Shown: positions 1-11,637, numbered from the stretch's first letter. The stretch is 64,000 nucleotides of DNA from Blastocatellia bacterium (GCA_036003885.1 DASYSA010000010.1:2045-66044), one strand, 5' to 3'. A program made the numbers and translations. Notes: generated by a model from the sequence alone, not told the origin.

Positions 1-338
1 TCCGGCCCGACGTCACAACGATATGCGTCGGCCAGTGCGCGTCGATGGGTGCGTTGCTCCTTGCGGCCGGTTCAGCAGGTAAACGACTCGCCCTGCCCAA
101 CGCCCGCATTCTGATCCATCAGCCGTCCATAGGCGGCATCTCGGGACAGGCAACAGATATTAGAATCCACGCTGAAGAGATAATGCGTATGCGCCAGCTT
201 ACGAGCCAGATCCTGGCCAAACATAGCGGACAGGATATGGAAGTAATCGAACGCGACGTCGAACGAGACAGAATAATGAGCGCGTATCAGGCAAAGGAAT
301 ACGGCCTGATCGATCAGGTCATTTCTCACCGAGAGTGA
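1..338 (+). CDS. clpP: ATP-dependent Clp protease proteolytic subunit ClpP, C-terminal part (5' end outside window)
   Basis: ORF 45..338 translation matches the ClpP C-terminus ([10 protein letters not shown]...[11 protein letters not shown]). The reading frame is open to the window start, and clpX lies directly downstream. Confidence 0.85.
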   Translation, partial: RPDVTTICVGQCASMGALLLAAGSAGKRLALPNARILIHQPSIGGISGQATDIRIHAEEIMRMRQLTSQILAKHSGQDMEVIERDVERDRIMSAYQAKEYGLIDQVISHRE

Positions 339-476
339 CGGTAAAGGAAACGATGAACGATGGGCGCTGAATGATAAATCGGGGATTGCGAGGTTCCGCG
401 TTTGTCATTCATCCTTCATCGCTCCGAAGTGCCTCCAACGCGAAAGCGCTAGAACCTTAGGAAGATCGGAGACCGG

Positions 477-1709
477 ATGAGAAGAGGCGATGACACCTTA
501 CGCTGCTCGTTTTGCGGCAAATCGCAGAATGAGGTCAAAAAGCTGATTGCCGGCCCAACCGTCTACATCTGCAACGAGTGCATAGATATTTGCAATGAGA
601 TCATCACCGATGATCAACAGCAAGAGACCGCCTCGCGTCGTCCGCCCTTGCCCAAGCCGATCGAGATAAAAGAATTTCTCGATGACTACGTGATAGGCCA
701 GGACGAAACCAAGAAGAAACTAGCTGTTGCCGTCTACCAGCACTACAAACGCGTCGACATGCTCAAGCGGCGCACTTCAGACATAGAGATCCAGAAGTCG
801 AACATATTGCTCATAGGGCCAACCGGAACCGGCAAGACGCTGCTTGCACAAACGCTGGCCAGAATGCTCAACGTGCCGTTCACAATCGTCGATGCCACTA
901 CGTTGACCGAAGCCGGTTACGTTGGAGAGGACGTTGAAAACATCATCCTGAAATTGTTGCAGGCCGCAAATGGGGACATCGAACGCGCGCAGACAGGCAT
1001 AATCTACATAGATGAGATAGACAAGATTTGCCGCAAAGATGAAAACCCATCCATCACGCGAGACGTCTCCGGCGAGGGTGTGCAGCAGGCATTGCTAAAG
1101 ATATTGGAGGGTACAATCGCCAATGTGCCGCCTCAGGGCGGGCGCAAGCATCCCCATCAGGAGTTCTTTCCGGTCGACACGACGAACATTCTCTTCATTT
1201 GTGGCGGCGCCTTCGTGGGCCTGGAGAAGGTCATCGAAAAGCGGATCGGCAAGAAGGCACTGGGTTTCAACGCCAACGTAAAGAGCGCGCGCAAGCAGAG
1301 GTTGAGCGAGACACTCTGTCAGGTCGAGCCGGAGGACATGATCAAGTTCGGCCTGATACCGGAGTTTGTCGGGCGGCTGCCTGTGTGCGGCACTCTCCAC
1401 GAACTGGACGAAGCGGCAATGGTCGAGATCCTGACCGAGCCGAAGAATGCGCTGGTCAAACAGTATCAGAAGCTCTTCGAATACGAAGGCGTCAAGCTGC
1501 GATTCCTCGACGATGCCCTCGTGGCCGTCGCTCGCATGGCTTGTGAACGCAAGGTTGGGGCTCGCGGCCTTAGAATGATTCTCGAGGAGCTCATGCTCGA
1601 TGTGATGTACATGCTGCCTTCCCACAAGAAGGTCAAAGAGTTCGTTGTGACGCGGGAAATGGTCGAAAGCCGCCGCGCGACCTTCCCGGTCCTGGAGAAA
1701 GCGGGATGA
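477..1709 (+). CDS. clpX: ATP-dependent Clp protease ATP-binding subunit ClpX
   Basis: N-terminal C4 zinc finger (CSFCGK...CNEC), Walker A GPTGTGKT and a 410-aa length. It follows clpP in the classic order. Confidence 0.95.
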   Translation: MRRGDDTLRCSFCGKSQNEVKKLIAGPTVYICNECIDICNEIITDDQQQETASRRPPLPKPIEIKEFLDDYVIGQDETKKKLAVAVYQHYKRVDMLKRRTSDIEIQKSNILLIGPTGTGKTLLAQTLARMLNVPFTIVDATTLTEAGYVGEDVENIILKLLQAANGDIERAQTGIIYIDEIDKICRKDENPSITRDVSGEGVQQALLKILEGTIANVPPQGGRKHPHQEFFPVDTTNILFICGGAFVGLEKVIEKRIGKKALGFNANVKSARKQRLSETLCQVEPEDMIKFGLIPEFVGRLPVCGTLHELDEAAMVEILTEPKNALVKQYQKLFEYEGVKLRFLDDALVAVARMACERKVGARGLRMILEELMLDVMYMLPSHKKVKEFVVTREMVESRRATFPVLEKAG

Positions 1710-1776
1710 GACGGCCTGGCATGCGGCTTGGGCTCCAAATGCAGGAGCGTCCGATGGGGGATCCTAGAAATTAATC

Positions 1777-4209
1777 ATGAATGAATTCAGCGACAGCACA
1801 CCCAGCGACGTGGTGAGATGCCCCATGGTACCCATCCGGGATGTGGTCGTCTTCCCGTACACGATAGTTGCATTTGTGATCGGACGGCCGGCGAGCGTCC
1901 GCGCGCTCGAGGCCGCGCTTCGAGGCGACAAGACAATATTTCTCGCGACTCAGCACGACGCGACGATCGACGAACCCATTGTCGAACAGGTCTACTCAGT
2001 CGGCACGATCGCGAGGATAACTCACAATCTGCGGCTGCCGGATGGAAACATAAAGGTAATGGTCGAGGGTATCGAACGTGCACGCTCGGTCAGGGTCGAG
2101 GATACGGGCGATTACTGGCTTGCGACCTTGAGGAAGACCGCTCTTGCAGTGGAGCCGCGTTCGCGGCTGAACGCCCTTATCGGGCGCATTGGCTCCCTGG
2201 TCGATCAGTACGTGCGCCAGTCAACGGAGCTTGCGAACCCCGAGACCCTCACAACCGCCTTGAGGAATGATGACCCGGCGAGGTTGTGCGACACGATCGC
2301 TTCGAACCTGAAGATCTCGGTCGAGGACAAGCAGGGATTGCTGGAGATCTTCCCGGTCCAGGACCGGCTGGTGAGGCTGATTGAGGTTCTCGAAGTCGAG
2401 CTCGAGAAGATTCAAGTCGACCGCGCGATCCACGGACGAGTCAAGCGGCAGATGGAGCGCGCCCAGAAAGAGTACTACCTCAACGAGAAGATCAAAGCCA
2501 TTCACAAGGAACTGGGACGCAAGGACGAGAAGGCTGAGCTGGAAGAACTAAAGCAGAAGATCGAAGCCGCTGGAATGTCCAAGGACGCCTACGAAAAGGC
2601 TCTGGCCGAGCTTCGCAGACTCGAGCAGATGCCACCTATGTCGGCTGAAAGCACAGTGTCTCGCAATTATCTGGACTGGCTGCTGGCGGTGCCATGGAAG
2701 GACAAGACTGAAGAGGTTCGGGACATCAAGGCGGCACAGGAAGTCCTGGACGCTGATCACTACGGATTGGAAAAGGTGAAGGAACGCATTCTCGAGTACC
2801 TGGCGGTGCGTCAGCTCGTCGAACGCCCGCGCGGCTCAATTCTCTGCTTCGTCGGACCTCCGGGCGTTGGCAAGACCAGCCTGGGAAGGTCGATCGCCAA
2901 AGCGACGGGTCGAAAATTCGTGCGCCTCTCTCTGGGTGGCGTGCGCGATGAAGCTGAGATCCGGGGCCATCGGCGCACCTACATCGGGGCGCTACCCGGT
3001 CAGATTATTCAGATGATGAAGAAGGCCGCGACGGTCAATCCACTCATCATGCTCGATGAGGTCGACAAACTCGGGATGGACTTCCGAGGGGATCCCTCCG
3101 CCGCATTGCTCGAAGTGCTCGACCCTGAGCAGAACTTCGCGTTCCACGATCATTACCTGGACGTCGAATATGACCTGTCGAATGTCATGTTCATCGCGAC
3201 GGCAAATGTGCTTCACACGATCCCGGCGGCGCTGCAGGACAGGCTCGAGATCATCCGGCTGGCAGGCTACACCGAGCACGAGAAGATCCAGATTGCCAAG
3301 CGCCATCTGCTACCCAAGCAACTCGAAAGCAACGGCCTGAAGGAAGAGCACGTCAACTTCTCCGAAGATGGACTGTACACGATCACCCAGTTCTACACGC
3401 GCGAGGCGGGTGTGAGAAATCTTGAACGCGAGATTGCATCAGTCCTTCGCAAACTCGCGCGCCGGATGCTGACGGGGGAAACACCGGCAGAGAACCAGGA
3501 AAACGTCACCGGCGATCTTGTTAAGGAGTTGCTTGGACCCACGCGTTTCCGCCCGCACGCTCTTGAGGAGCAAAGTGAAATCGGGCTTGCAACAGGCCTG
3601 GCCTGGACCGAAGTTGGCGGCGAAGTATTACACATCGAAGCCTCGCTGATGAGCGGGCGCGGCAACATAACGCTTACGGGCAAGCTGGGCGAGGTCATGC
3701 AGGAGTCGGCGAGAGCGGCACTCTCTTGCGTGAGAGCCAGAGCCAAGCTGCTCGACATCACTCCGGATTTCTATAAAAAGTATGATCTGCATCTGCATGT
3801 ACCCGAGGGCGCGATTCCCAAGGACGGCCCTTCGGCTGGGATCGCGATTGCGACGGCGATCGTATCGGTTCTGACTCAGATTCCGGTTCGTCGCGATGTT
3901 GCAATGACGGGCGAGATCACGCTTCGAGGAAGAGTGCTGCCGATCGGTGGAGTGAAAGAGAAGTTACTTGCCGCCCACCGGGCAGGCATAACCACGGTGG
4001 TGTTGCCGAAGGAGAATGCAAAGGACCTGGTCGAGCTTCCGGTCGAGGTGAGGGAAGCGCTGACGATCCATACCATTGAGAGTGTGGATGAGCTGTGGAG
4101 GATTGCGCTGGAACGGCCCATAACCAGAGAGGTCCCCACGCCGGAGGTTCCCATTTGGGGACAGCAGCCGCCAGTTGACGCTCCGACTTCCAATCAGACC
4201 ATTGAATAA
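1777..4209 (+). CDS. lon: Lon protease (ATP-dependent protease La)
   Basis: 810 aa with a Lon N-domain, AAA+ Walker [10 protein letters not shown] and the catalytic Ser region PKDGPSAG. It completes the clpP-clpX-lon order. Confidence 0.95.
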   Translation: MNEFSDSTPSDVVRCPMVPIRDVVVFPYTIVAFVIGRPASVRALEAALRGDKTIFLATQHDATIDEPIVEQVYSVGTIARITHNLRLPDGNIKVMVEGIERARSVRVEDTGDYWLATLRKTALAVEPRSRLNALIGRIGSLVDQYVRQSTELANPETLTTALRNDDPARLCDTIASNLKISVEDKQGLLEIFPVQDRLVRLIEVLEVELEKIQVDRAIHGRVKRQMERAQKEYYLNEKIKAIHKELGRKDEKAELEELKQKIEAAGMSKDAYEKALAELRRLEQMPPMSAESTVSRNYLDWLLAVPWKDKTEEVRDIKAAQEVLDADHYGLEKVKERILEYLAVRQLVERPRGSILCFVGPPGVGKTSLGRSIAKATGRKFVRLSLGGVRDEAEIRGHRRTYIGALPGQIIQMMKKAATVNPLIMLDEVDKLGMDFRGDPSAALLEVLDPEQNFAFHDHYLDVEYDLSNVMFIATANVLHTIPAALQDRLEIIRLAGYTEHEKIQIAKRHLLPKQLESNGLKEEHVNFSEDGLYTITQFYTREAGVRNLEREIASVLRKLARRMLTGETPAENQENVTGDLVKELLGPTRFRPHALEEQSEIGLATGLAWTEVGGEVLHIEASLMSGRGNITLTGKLGEVMQESARAALSCVRARAKLLDITPDFYKKYDLHLHVPEGAIPKDGPSAGIAIATAIVSVLTQIPVRRDVAMTGEITLRGRVLPIGGVKEKLLAAHRAGITTVVLPKENAKDLVELPVEVREALTIHTIESVDELWRIALERPITREVPTPEVPIWGQQPPVDAPTSNQTIE

Positions 4210-4224
4210 CGGTGACAGTGATGC

Positions 4225-4899
4225 GTGTTGCGCCGGTCACGGGTCACCCATCACGCATCGCTGATGAGAATCAAGAGCGCCACGTTTGTTAAAAGCGCCA
4301 CTGCTCTCGAGCATTATCCGCGCGACGGCCGGGCGGAAATAGCTTTCCTTGGTCGTTCCAACGTCGGCAAGTCAAGCTTGATAAATAGCCTGTTGGGTGT
4401 GCGAGGATTGGCACGCACCAGCAACACGCCGGGACGCACTCAGCTTATCAACTTCTTCCTGATAAATGATGCGTTTCGCTTTGTGGACCTCCCGGGCTAT
4501 GGTTATGCGCGGGTACCGATTGCCGTGAAAGACCAGTGGGGGCCGATGATCGAGAAGTATCTTGCGATCCGACCCAATCTTGTGCTATCAGTAGTCATCA
4601 CTGATTCGAGGCGTGAGCCCACCGAGTTAGACCAGCTGATGACAGGGTGGTTGAAATCCAGGGGAAGGCCATTCATCATCGTTGCAACCAAGGCCGACAA
4701 GCTCAGCAGCAATAAGCTGAGGGAGAATCTCAGGCACGCGTCAGAGGTGTTCGGTAAGAGCGATCTCATCCCATATTCAGCGGTCACGCGAAGTGGGGCG
4801 GACCGCATCTGGAAACGGATCACCGGGCGGATCGCGGATTACGGATCGCAGATTGCCGATCATGGATTGATAGACAGTTTAGATACTCTCCACTCCTAG
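4225..4899 (+). CDS. engB: ribosome-biogenesis GTPase EngB/YihA
   Basis: G1 motif GRSNVGKSSLIN, DLPGYG and TKADK motifs. The true start may be an internal Met near 4264. Confidence 0.8.
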   Translation: MLRRSRVTHHASLMRIKSATFVKSATALEHYPRDGRAEIAFLGRSNVGKSSLINSLLGVRGLARTSNTPGRTQLINFFLINDAFRFVDLPGYGYARVPIAVKDQWGPMIEKYLAIRPNLVLSVVITDSRREPTELDQLMTGWLKSRGRPFIIVATKADKLSSNKLRENLRHASEVFGKSDLIPYSAVTRSGADRIWKRITGRIADYGSQIADHGLIDSLDTLHS

Positions 4900-4907
4900 C
4901 AGGGTGC

Positions 4908-4937
4908 TGAAGAGGGGAACCCTGTCACGAAGGCACA
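4908..4937 (+). terminator. weak stem-loop after engB
   Basis: CAGGGT...ACCCTG inverted repeat just after the engB stop. There is no clear U-tract. Confidence 0.25.
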
Positions 4938-5156
4938 GAGTGACACAATCAACAACGACAAGGAGCCAGTCCAGGTGCGGTCTTCGCATCGCCGTATTTC
5001 TTTGCGGCCCGGAAACAGACTTTTTTTCAGCCGCCCGCTAGATCAAGCCCGAGATCCAGGAGATTCGCAAATGTGCGATCACTACGCGAATCCTTCAGAC
5101 AATTCCGCGCCGCGAGGCATACACGCGGCACTAAAATGTGAGGAAAACAGAATAAC

Positions 5157-6431
5157 ATGGCAGAAGAAGTAAATGAGTTGATGGACATTGGCGAACTCAA
5201 AGATATGTCCATCTCAAAGCTCACCCATATAGCAAAGGAGCTGGACATCCCGGGCGCCACCGGGATGCGCAAACAGGAGCTGATCTTCAAGATCCTCCAG
5301 GCTCAGACCGAAAAGAGCGGCCTGATATTCTCCGAGGGCGTGCTTGAGACGCTGCCCGACGGATTTGGCTTCCTGCGCGCCCCCGACTACAACTACCTGC
5401 CCGGACCCGACGATATATACGTCAGCCCCTCGCAGATTCGAAAATTCGACCTGCGCACCGGCGACACTATCTCCGGCCAGATCCGGCCTCCCAAGGAAGG
5501 TGAGCGCTACTTTGCGTTGATCAAAGTCGAGGCGATCAACTTCGAGCCGCCAGAGCTGGCAAGAGATCGGGTCTTCTTCGATAATCTCACCCCGCTCTAT
5601 CCCGAGGAGAAACTGCGCCTGGAGACCGATCAGGAGAACCTCGCCGCTCGCGTGCTGGATCTCATGACCCCGATTGGAAAAGGCCAGCGGGCCCTCATCG
5701 TCGCTCCACCTCGAACCGGAAAGACGATGCTCCTCCAGAACATCGCCAACTCGGTCACCCGGAATCATCCGGAGGTCACCCTGATAGTTCTGCTGATCGA
5801 TGAACGGCCCGAGGAAGTCACCGACATGCAGCGCTCTGTTCACGGCGAAGTCATAAGCTCGACCTTCGACGAGCCCCCGACCCGCCACGTCCAGGTCGCG
5901 GACATGGTTATCGAGAAAGCGAAGCGGCTCGTGGAGTACAAACGGGACGTCGTAATCCTGCTCGATTCCATCACCAGACTCGCGCGGGCGCACAACTCGG
6001 TCGTCCCCCCCTCGGGCAAGATCCTGTCCGGCGGCATCGACTCGAATGCGTTGCAGAAGCCGAAGCGATTCTTCGGCTCAGCCAGAAACATTGAGGAGGG
6101 TGGCTCGCTCACGATAATCGCTACTGCTTTGATAGACACGGGATCCAGAATGGACGACGTGATCTTCGAAGAGTTCAAGGGCACCGGCAACCTCGAGATC
6201 AATCTGGATCGAAAGCTCACCGAGAAGCGTATCTTCCCTTCGATCGACATCAACAAGTCCGGTACTCGCAAGGAAGAGTTGCTGCTGGCGCCGCCCGACT
6301 TCAACCGCATCATTGTACTGCGCAGGGTGCTATCGCAGCTTTCACCCACTGAGGCTATGGAGCTCCTGCTCGATAAGCTGAGCAAGACGAAAGCCAACTC
6401 GGACTTCCTGGATTCGATGCAGTCTCAGTAG
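5157..6431 (+). CDS. rho: transcription termination factor Rho
   Basis: 424 aa with an N-terminal RNA-binding domain and RecA-type ATPase motifs ([11 protein letters not shown]). A roughly 250-nt leader precedes it, as is typical for rho. Confidence 0.95.
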   Translation: MAEEVNELMDIGELKDMSISKLTHIAKELDIPGATGMRKQELIFKILQAQTEKSGLIFSEGVLETLPDGFGFLRAPDYNYLPGPDDIYVSPSQIRKFDLRTGDTISGQIRPPKEGERYFALIKVEAINFEPPELARDRVFFDNLTPLYPEEKLRLETDQENLAARVLDLMTPIGKGQRALIVAPPRTGKTMLLQNIANSVTRNHPEVTLIVLLIDERPEEVTDMQRSVHGEVISSTFDEPPTRHVQVADMVIEKAKRLVEYKRDVVILLDSITRLARAHNSVVPPSGKILSGGIDSNALQKPKRFFGSARNIEEGGSLTIIATALIDTGSRMDDVIFEEFKGTGNLEINLDRKLTEKRIFPSIDINKSGTRKEELLLAPPDFNRIIVLRRVLSQLSPTEAMELLLDKLSKTKANSDFLDSMQSQ

Positions 6432-6454
6432 TTTCGCATTCACACAAAACCCGA

Positions 6455-6490
6455 TCGGCGCCGCCTTCAGTCACTAAGGCGGCGCGCCGT
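6455..6490 (+). terminator. GC-rich stem-loop downstream of rho
   Basis: CGGCGCCGCCTT-cagtcact-AAGGCGGCGCGCCG perfect inverted repeat about 25 nt after the rho stop. There is no U-tract, so it may be Rho-dependent or a stabilising hairpin. Confidence 0.4.
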
Positions 6491-6600
6491 TGAAAGTCCC
6501 GGTTGAGATGCGCCTGTCGTTAACAGCCGCATCTCACGAGGCGCCGCAACCTGCGCGGTCTGCACAGATGCGTAGTTGATAATCCCAAGGAGAGCCTGTC

Positions 6601-8730
6601 ATGACTTCCTTCAGGGCCATTGCTCTGGCCGCAGGCATTGCGCTGGTCACTGCCGGCTCCACCGGGGCGCAGAGATCATTCAAGTATCCGGAGTCTAAAA
6701 GGATGGATCAGGTTGATGACTACCACGGCACCAAAGTAGCCGACCCGTATCGCTGGCTCGAGGATGCGGACTCTGAAGAAACCAGAGCCTGGGTGGCAGC
6801 ACAGAACAAACTGACCCACAGCTATCTCGATGAAATACCGGCAAGGGCCCAGATCAAGGAACGCTTAACCAAACTGTGGAATTTTGAGAGGTTCAGCGCA
6901 CCCTTTAAAGAGGGCGACCGCTACTTCTATTCCAAGAACGATGGTCTGCAAAACCAGAGCGTCATCTATACGACCACATCCCTGGACTCACGCGCCGAAG
7001 TGCTAATAGACCCGAACAACCTCTCAAGCGACGGCACGGTTGCGCTCACGGGCCTGGAGATCAGCCGCGACGGCAAACTGATGGCGTATGGACTCTCCAC
7101 CTCCGGGTCTGACTGGCAGGAGTGGAGGGTGCGCGACGTCGAGACCAGAAAAGACCTTCCCGACCTGGTAAAATGGGTGAAGTTCTCCAGTGCATCGTGG
7201 ACACCTGACGGCAAGGGGTTTTTCTATAGCCGCTATGATGAGCCCAACGAAAAGACCAAGATGGCCGCCGCGAACTATTTTCAGAAACTCTACTTTCATC
7301 GCGTCGGCACGCTTCAGTCCGAAGACCTCCTGGTCTATGAACGGCCCGATCAAAAAGAGTGGGGATTCGGCGGCACTGTCACCGAAGACGGCCGCTACCT
7401 GATCATCAGCGTATGGAAAGGGACCGATCGCAAGAACCGGATCTACTATAAAGACCTTCAAGCCAGGGACGCCAGGGTAGTCACGCTGCTCGATGAGTTC
7501 GATGCATACTACGGCTTCGTTGGCAACGACGGACCACTCTTTTGGTTTCAGTCCGACTTCAATGCTCCTCGGGGAAGACTCGTCGCTATCGACACAACAA
7601 AGCCCGAGCGGAAAAACTGGAGGGAACTGGTCCCTCAAACCGCCGACACTCTCGACAGCGTCACTGTAGTGCACGATAGGTTTATCGCTTCCTACTTGAA
7701 AGATGCTCGCACCCAGGTCAAGGTGTTCAAACTCGACGGGACGTTCGTGCGAGAAGTTGACCTGCCCGGTATCGGAACCGCGCGAGGATTTGGGGGGAAG
7801 CGCAAAGACAGAGAGACGTTTTATGCCTTCACTGGATTCACTACCCCGACCACCATCTATCGTTATGACGTCGCAACCGGCAAGAGCACGATCTTTCGGC
7901 GCCCGAAAGTCGATTTCAATCCCGGCGACTACGAGACGAAACAGGTCTTCTATGAAAGCAAGGACGGCACGCGGGTACCGATGTTCATTGTTCACAAGAA
8001 AGGCTTGATCCTGAACGGCGCCAATCCGACCTACCTCTATGGTTACGGCGGCTTCAACATTCCGACCGTTCCGGCGTTCTCGGTCAGTAATCTTGTGTGG
8101 ATGGAGATGGGGGGCGTCTACGCTTCCGCCAATCTTCGTGGCGGAGGCGAATACGGCGAAGATTGGCACCAGGCGGGCACAAAACTGCAAAAGCAGAATG
8201 TGTTCGACGACTTCATCGCAGCGGCTGAGTGGCTGATCGCGAACAAGTACACATCGACGCCAAAGCTCGCAATCGGCGGCGCAAGCAATGGCGGCCTCCT
8301 CGTAGGAGCCGCCCTCACTCAACGTCCTGACCTGTTCGGAGCGGCCCTGCCCGCGGTGGGCGTCATGGACATGCTTCGCTTTCAGAAGTTCACAATCGGT
8401 TGGGCGTGGGTCTCCGACTACGGGTCCTCAGATAACCAGGAAGAGTTCAAGGCGCTGTACGCCTATTCTCCGCTGCACAATATCAAACCGGGGACCAGGT
8501 ATCCGCCGACAATGGTGACAACAGCCGACCATGATGACCGGGTCGTACCCGGCCACAGCTTTAAGTTCGCCGCGGCTTTGCAGGCCTCGCAGGGAGCGCC
8601 GGCTCCAGTCTTGATTCGCATCGAGACCAAGGCGGGGCATGGCGCGGGCAAACCTACCTCGAAAGTGATTGAAGAGATCGCGGACTGTTGGGGCTTCCTT
8701 GTAAGGGTGCTGGGAATGAACCCAGCGTAG
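6601..8730 (+). CDS. prolyl oligopeptidase (S9A family) with N-terminal signal peptide
   Basis: 709 aa with a beta-propeller N-terminal region and a C-terminal alpha/beta hydrolase carrying GGSNGG around the catalytic Ser and a downstream HGAG. A signal-peptide-like N-terminus is present. Confidence 0.9.
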   Translation: MTSFRAIALAAGIALVTAGSTGAQRSFKYPESKRMDQVDDYHGTKVADPYRWLEDADSEETRAWVAAQNKLTHSYLDEIPARAQIKERLTKLWNFERFSAPFKEGDRYFYSKNDGLQNQSVIYTTTSLDSRAEVLIDPNNLSSDGTVALTGLEISRDGKLMAYGLSTSGSDWQEWRVRDVETRKDLPDLVKWVKFSSASWTPDGKGFFYSRYDEPNEKTKMAAANYFQKLYFHRVGTLQSEDLLVYERPDQKEWGFGGTVTEDGRYLIISVWKGTDRKNRIYYKDLQARDARVVTLLDEFDAYYGFVGNDGPLFWFQSDFNAPRGRLVAIDTTKPERKNWRELVPQTADTLDSVTVVHDRFIASYLKDARTQVKVFKLDGTFVREVDLPGIGTARGFGGKRKDRETFYAFTGFTTPTTIYRYDVATGKSTIFRRPKVDFNPGDYETKQVFYESKDGTRVPMFIVHKKGLILNGANPTYLYGYGGFNIPTVPAFSVSNLVWMEMGGVYASANLRGGGEYGEDWHQAGTKLQKQNVFDDFIAAAEWLIANKYTSTPKLAIGGASNGGLLVGAALTQRPDLFGAALPAVGVMDMLRFQKFTIGWAWVSDYGSSDNQEEFKALYAYSPLHNIKPGTRYPPTMVTTADHDDRVVPGHSFKFAAALQASQGAPAPVLIRIETKAGHGAGKPTSKVIEEIADCWGFLVRVLGMNPA

Positions 8731-8739
8731 CCTGGGGTC

Positions 8740-8768
8740 AGGCCCTCGATTCTGCGATTTGAGGGCGA
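8740..8768. terminator. hairpin between convergent genes (prolyl oligopeptidase / STAND regulator)
   Basis: GCCCTC...GAGGGC inverted repeat lying in the 120-nt gap between two convergent CDSs. Confidence 0.3.
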
Positions 8769-8853
8769 CGAAGACTACTGGCTATGGGACAAACCAGGCC
8801 CCTGCAAGGACTCTTGATTCGTCTAAGACCTTGCTCTCGGACACTACCCGGGC

Positions 8854-11637
8854 TTACGTCCGGCGTTCCTGCATCCCCGGCTCCTTCCCGAGGACAAGCG
8901 GTTCGACTCCAAGCCCAACACCCGCGCCGAAGAGCAGTCCCTCGATCGCGCCGCAGATTATTTGCGTCGTCTTGCCGAAATGCACTTCGCCGAAGAAGGG
9001 AGCAAGCGGGTCAAGCCTGATCTGCGAATCGGCAAACGAACGAGCCACAATCTCGAGACTGCCGCTGAAGAGGTTTCCCCCAATCACCGTCAACGCAATG
9101 CCGGCAAACATCGCGCCCAGGCTCGCAGCAAGCACCTTCTGCCAGGGTCGCGCGTCCGCAACCAGCCGTCCAATTGCGACCGCGCCCAGCGGAACGCCCG
9201 CTCCCAGCAGGGCCCCTTCAAGCGACCCCGCAATTCCGTCAGGGTTCTGTCCGAACACGGCCCTCAGTATGTCGATGCCCAACAGCTTGAACGCTCCTCC
9301 AACCGCAGCTCCTCCGGCAGCCCCTCCGACCACCGACCACCATCGACTATGACGATAGGCTATGTGTGACGCTACGACCATTCCGAAGCTCACGCCAAAC
9401 GCGCCAATCGTTCCGATGAGGGTTCCGAGGCTGACCAATACGAAAATCAGTTTTCCAGCTTCGAGCGCTGTCGCCTTCTGAGCCCACGCCAACACGGCTC
9501 CGAGCAGCAACCCGCCCGCAACTCCCGAGACGGCCCCTCCGAGCACGCCTCCGGTCCCCTGACGCAAGATCTCAGGCCAGCCTCGTCGTAGCCTCACCCA
9601 CATCAGCCCGAGCACTACGAGGCCTGCTGTGGGAATCGAGAGTCGATTGAGCCTCAGCAGCTGCTTGTCATAGTCGCGTATGATCGCGAGGCTCACCGCG
9701 CGGCGAATCAGTCCCGGTCTTTCGATGCCCTCACCCTCGGACAGAACAGCCTCTGCTGCCTCCTGGAACCAGACGGCAAGAGCGATGCTCGCGGCCTTCC
9801 TCACACCCAAGTCAGAATCCCACAGAGCAAGCCGCCTCAGTATCGTATTAGCCTGATCGGTTCGCAGCGACTGAGATGCCTCGACCGCACTCAGCCTGAC
9901 ATCGCAATCATCATGACGAGAAGCTTCGGCAATGATGGCGATTGCGCTCGGAGCTCGGTGGACGAGCCAGTCGGGCAGCGGTCGCCCTCGACTCAACCCG
10001 CTTGTGGCCAACAGGTCTGCTTCTTCGCCTGTAAGACCCAGTTCTTCGCCAAACGGCAGCAGAACATCGAGCGCATCGGCGTCGATCACCAGGTTATGCG
10101 CCCGGTAGTTCTCCATCGCGCGCTCGATGACTCCTCGAGCCTGCTTCAACGCGCGCTCTTCATCGGTCAACCATCGAGACACCTCGGGAGTCAGGAAGTC
10201 GTGAGCCAGCTCAAGCCAGGTCTCGCCGTCTTCCCGGCTGCGGCGAACCACCCGCGCCGCTACCAATTCTTCGATCAGTCTATTCGCATAGTCCGTGCCT
10301 TGCGACGTGCGCTGTCCCAGTCGCGCCGCAAGCTCCGATGAGCGCAGAACCAGCCTACGGCCGTCAATCGAGATCAACGCCGTGAGAATTGCCTTGGCAA
10401 CGCGAAGCTCCGGGGCGTCGAATCGGTTCAATACTCGTTCGAGGTAGCCGGCCAGTATCTGGGAGGCGGTGCCCAGATGCTCGTACGCCGCGGTTGTGAG
10501 CCGGCCATCCGGATCTCGCGAGTCGTAAAGGCTGTCGCAAACGATCTGCAACTGGGGTGGTTCGATACTGCCCTTATCGCTCAAATCATCAAGCAAACGC
10601 TGGACGAGCTCCGGTTCGTACCGGCACCCCACCGCGTTGGCCGGCCCGGTGATCGCAAGCGCCGCCTGCTCCCGGCTCAGCCGAGTAAGGCGATATTCGT
10701 GATGAAAGATCTCGCTGACGGCGGTCTTGAAGCGGCTCATCTCCGCGAGGTAGTCTTCGCGCAAAGCGAAGACCAATCGCAGGTTCAGGTCTTCGCCGAC
10801 GGCGAGGCGGGCAATCGAGTCGATGAACTGCTGCTGACTCTCTTCACCCAGCAGTGAGAAGAATTCCTCGAACTGATCGAAAAAGAAGATGACGAAGCGT
10901 CTCGGTGAAGAGCCGGCTGCAGATGCGATCAAATCGGCGATCGGCATCGCCGCTTCAAGCCCAACTCCTTCGTTCGTTTCGACGAGGGCACTCATCATTT
11001 GATGAAGCGGATCGCTGAAGCTTCGGATCGCGAAGACCAGATGCCCGTCGGCTTTCAGGCGCGGCATGAGCCCGGCTCGCAGAATCGAGCTCTTCCCGAC
11101 GCCCGACCTGCCATGAAGGATAAATGAACGGTGAGCCAGAATTTGCGAGCATATCGCTTCGACTTCCGCTTCGCGGCCGAAGAACAACTTCGCATCCTGC
11201 TCGGTGTAGTAATCGAGAAACTTATAGGGTCGGGGGGTGGTCGCCGGCTGGACGAATTCGGGCGCGGCCACGGCGCTTTGTCCCGGCGCCTCGACCGCGT
11301 TTCCAATGAAGACATATCCGTGTTTGGGAACGGTCTTGATGTAGCGCGGGTTGGATGCATCGTCGCCAAGCTGGCGGCGAATGTCCTTGATGCACTGGGT
11401 CAGCGCTGCATCGGTGACGAACACGCCATCCCATATCTCTTCGAAGATGTGCTGCTTTTCGACAAGTTCGCCTCCCCGGCTGACAAGCATCAGCAGCACG
11501 TCAAAGTACTTTGAACTGAGCGGAACAGGTTTTCCTTCCCTCCAGAGTTGCCTGTTCCTCGCGTCCAGGTGGAAGCCGTCGAACCGATAACCCGCCACCG
11601 CGCTAATGACCTGGGTCATACCGCTTGATTTTCTCAC
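8854..11637 (-). CDS. membrane-anchored signal-transduction NTPase: OmpR/CadC-type winged-helix DNA-binding domain + P-loop STAND/AAA NTPase + HEAT repeats + C-terminal glycine-zipper multi-pass TM domain
   Basis: The N-terminus (high-coordinate end) shows the trans_reg_C pattern (YRFDGFHLD...LSSKYFDVLLMLVSRGGELVEKQHIFEEIWDG...IKTVPKHGYVF). Walker A GRSGVGKSS follows, then a Walker-B-like FVIFFFDQFEE. A HEAT-like segment comes next (DCDVRLSAVEAS...DSDLGVRKAASIALA). The last ~250 aa hold at least four hydrophobic Gly-rich helices (GGxxGGxxxG). The likely start is Met 7 of the ORF (MTQVIS). Confidence 0.8.
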   Translation of the reverse strand: MRKSSGMTQVISAVAGYRFDGFHLDARNRQLWREGKPVPLSSKYFDVLLMLVSRGGELVEKQHIFEEIWDGVFVTDAALTQCIKDIRRQLGDDASNPRYIKTVPKHGYVFIGNAVEAPGQSAVAAPEFVQPATTPRPYKFLDYYTEQDAKLFFGREAEVEAICSQILAHRSFILHGRSGVGKSSILRAGLMPRLKADGHLVFAIRSFSDPLHQMMSALVETNEGVGLEAAMPIADLIASAAGSSPRRFVIFFFDQFEEFFSLLGEESQQQFIDSIARLAVGEDLNLRLVFALREDYLAEMSRFKTAVSEIFHHEYRLTRLSREQAALAITGPANAVGCRYEPELVQRLLDDLSDKGSIEPPQLQIVCDSLYDSRDPDGRLTTAAYEHLGTASQILAGYLERVLNRFDAPELRVAKAILTALISIDGRRLVLRSSELAARLGQRTSQGTDYANRLIEELVAARVVRRSREDGETWLELAHDFLTPEVSRWLTDEERALKQARGVIERAMENYRAHNLVIDADALDVLLPFGEELGLTGEEADLLATSGLSRGRPLPDWLVHRAPSAIAIIAEASRHDDCDVRLSAVEASQSLRTDQANTILRRLALWDSDLGVRKAASIALAVWFQEAAEAVLSEGEGIERPGLIRRAVSLAIIRDYDKQLLRLNRLSIPTAGLVVLGLMWVRLRRGWPEILRQGTGGVLGGAVSGVAGGLLLGAVLAWAQKATALEAGKLIFVLVSLGTLIGTIGAFGVSFGMVVASHIAYRHSRWWSVVGGAAGGAAVGGAFKLLGIDILRAVFGQNPDGIAGSLEGALLGAGVPLGAVAIGRLVADARPWQKVLAASLGAMFAGIALTVIGGNLFSGSLEIVARSFADSQIRLDPLAPFFGEVHFGKTTQIICGAIEGLLFGAGVGLGVEPLVLGKEPGMQERRT

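Noticed and set aside
7024-8322. 432-aa minus-strand ORF inside the prolyl oligopeptidase gene. Similar long antisense ORFs occur at 5214..5993, 1095..1625, 19890..20978, 49315..50142, 12309..12968, 40434..40946 and 51260..51826
   Set aside because: They lie wholly antisense to genes with strong homology-type motifs. Their composition is Arg/Pro/Gly-rich low complexity, as expected for high-GC DNA. I found no recognisable domains in them.
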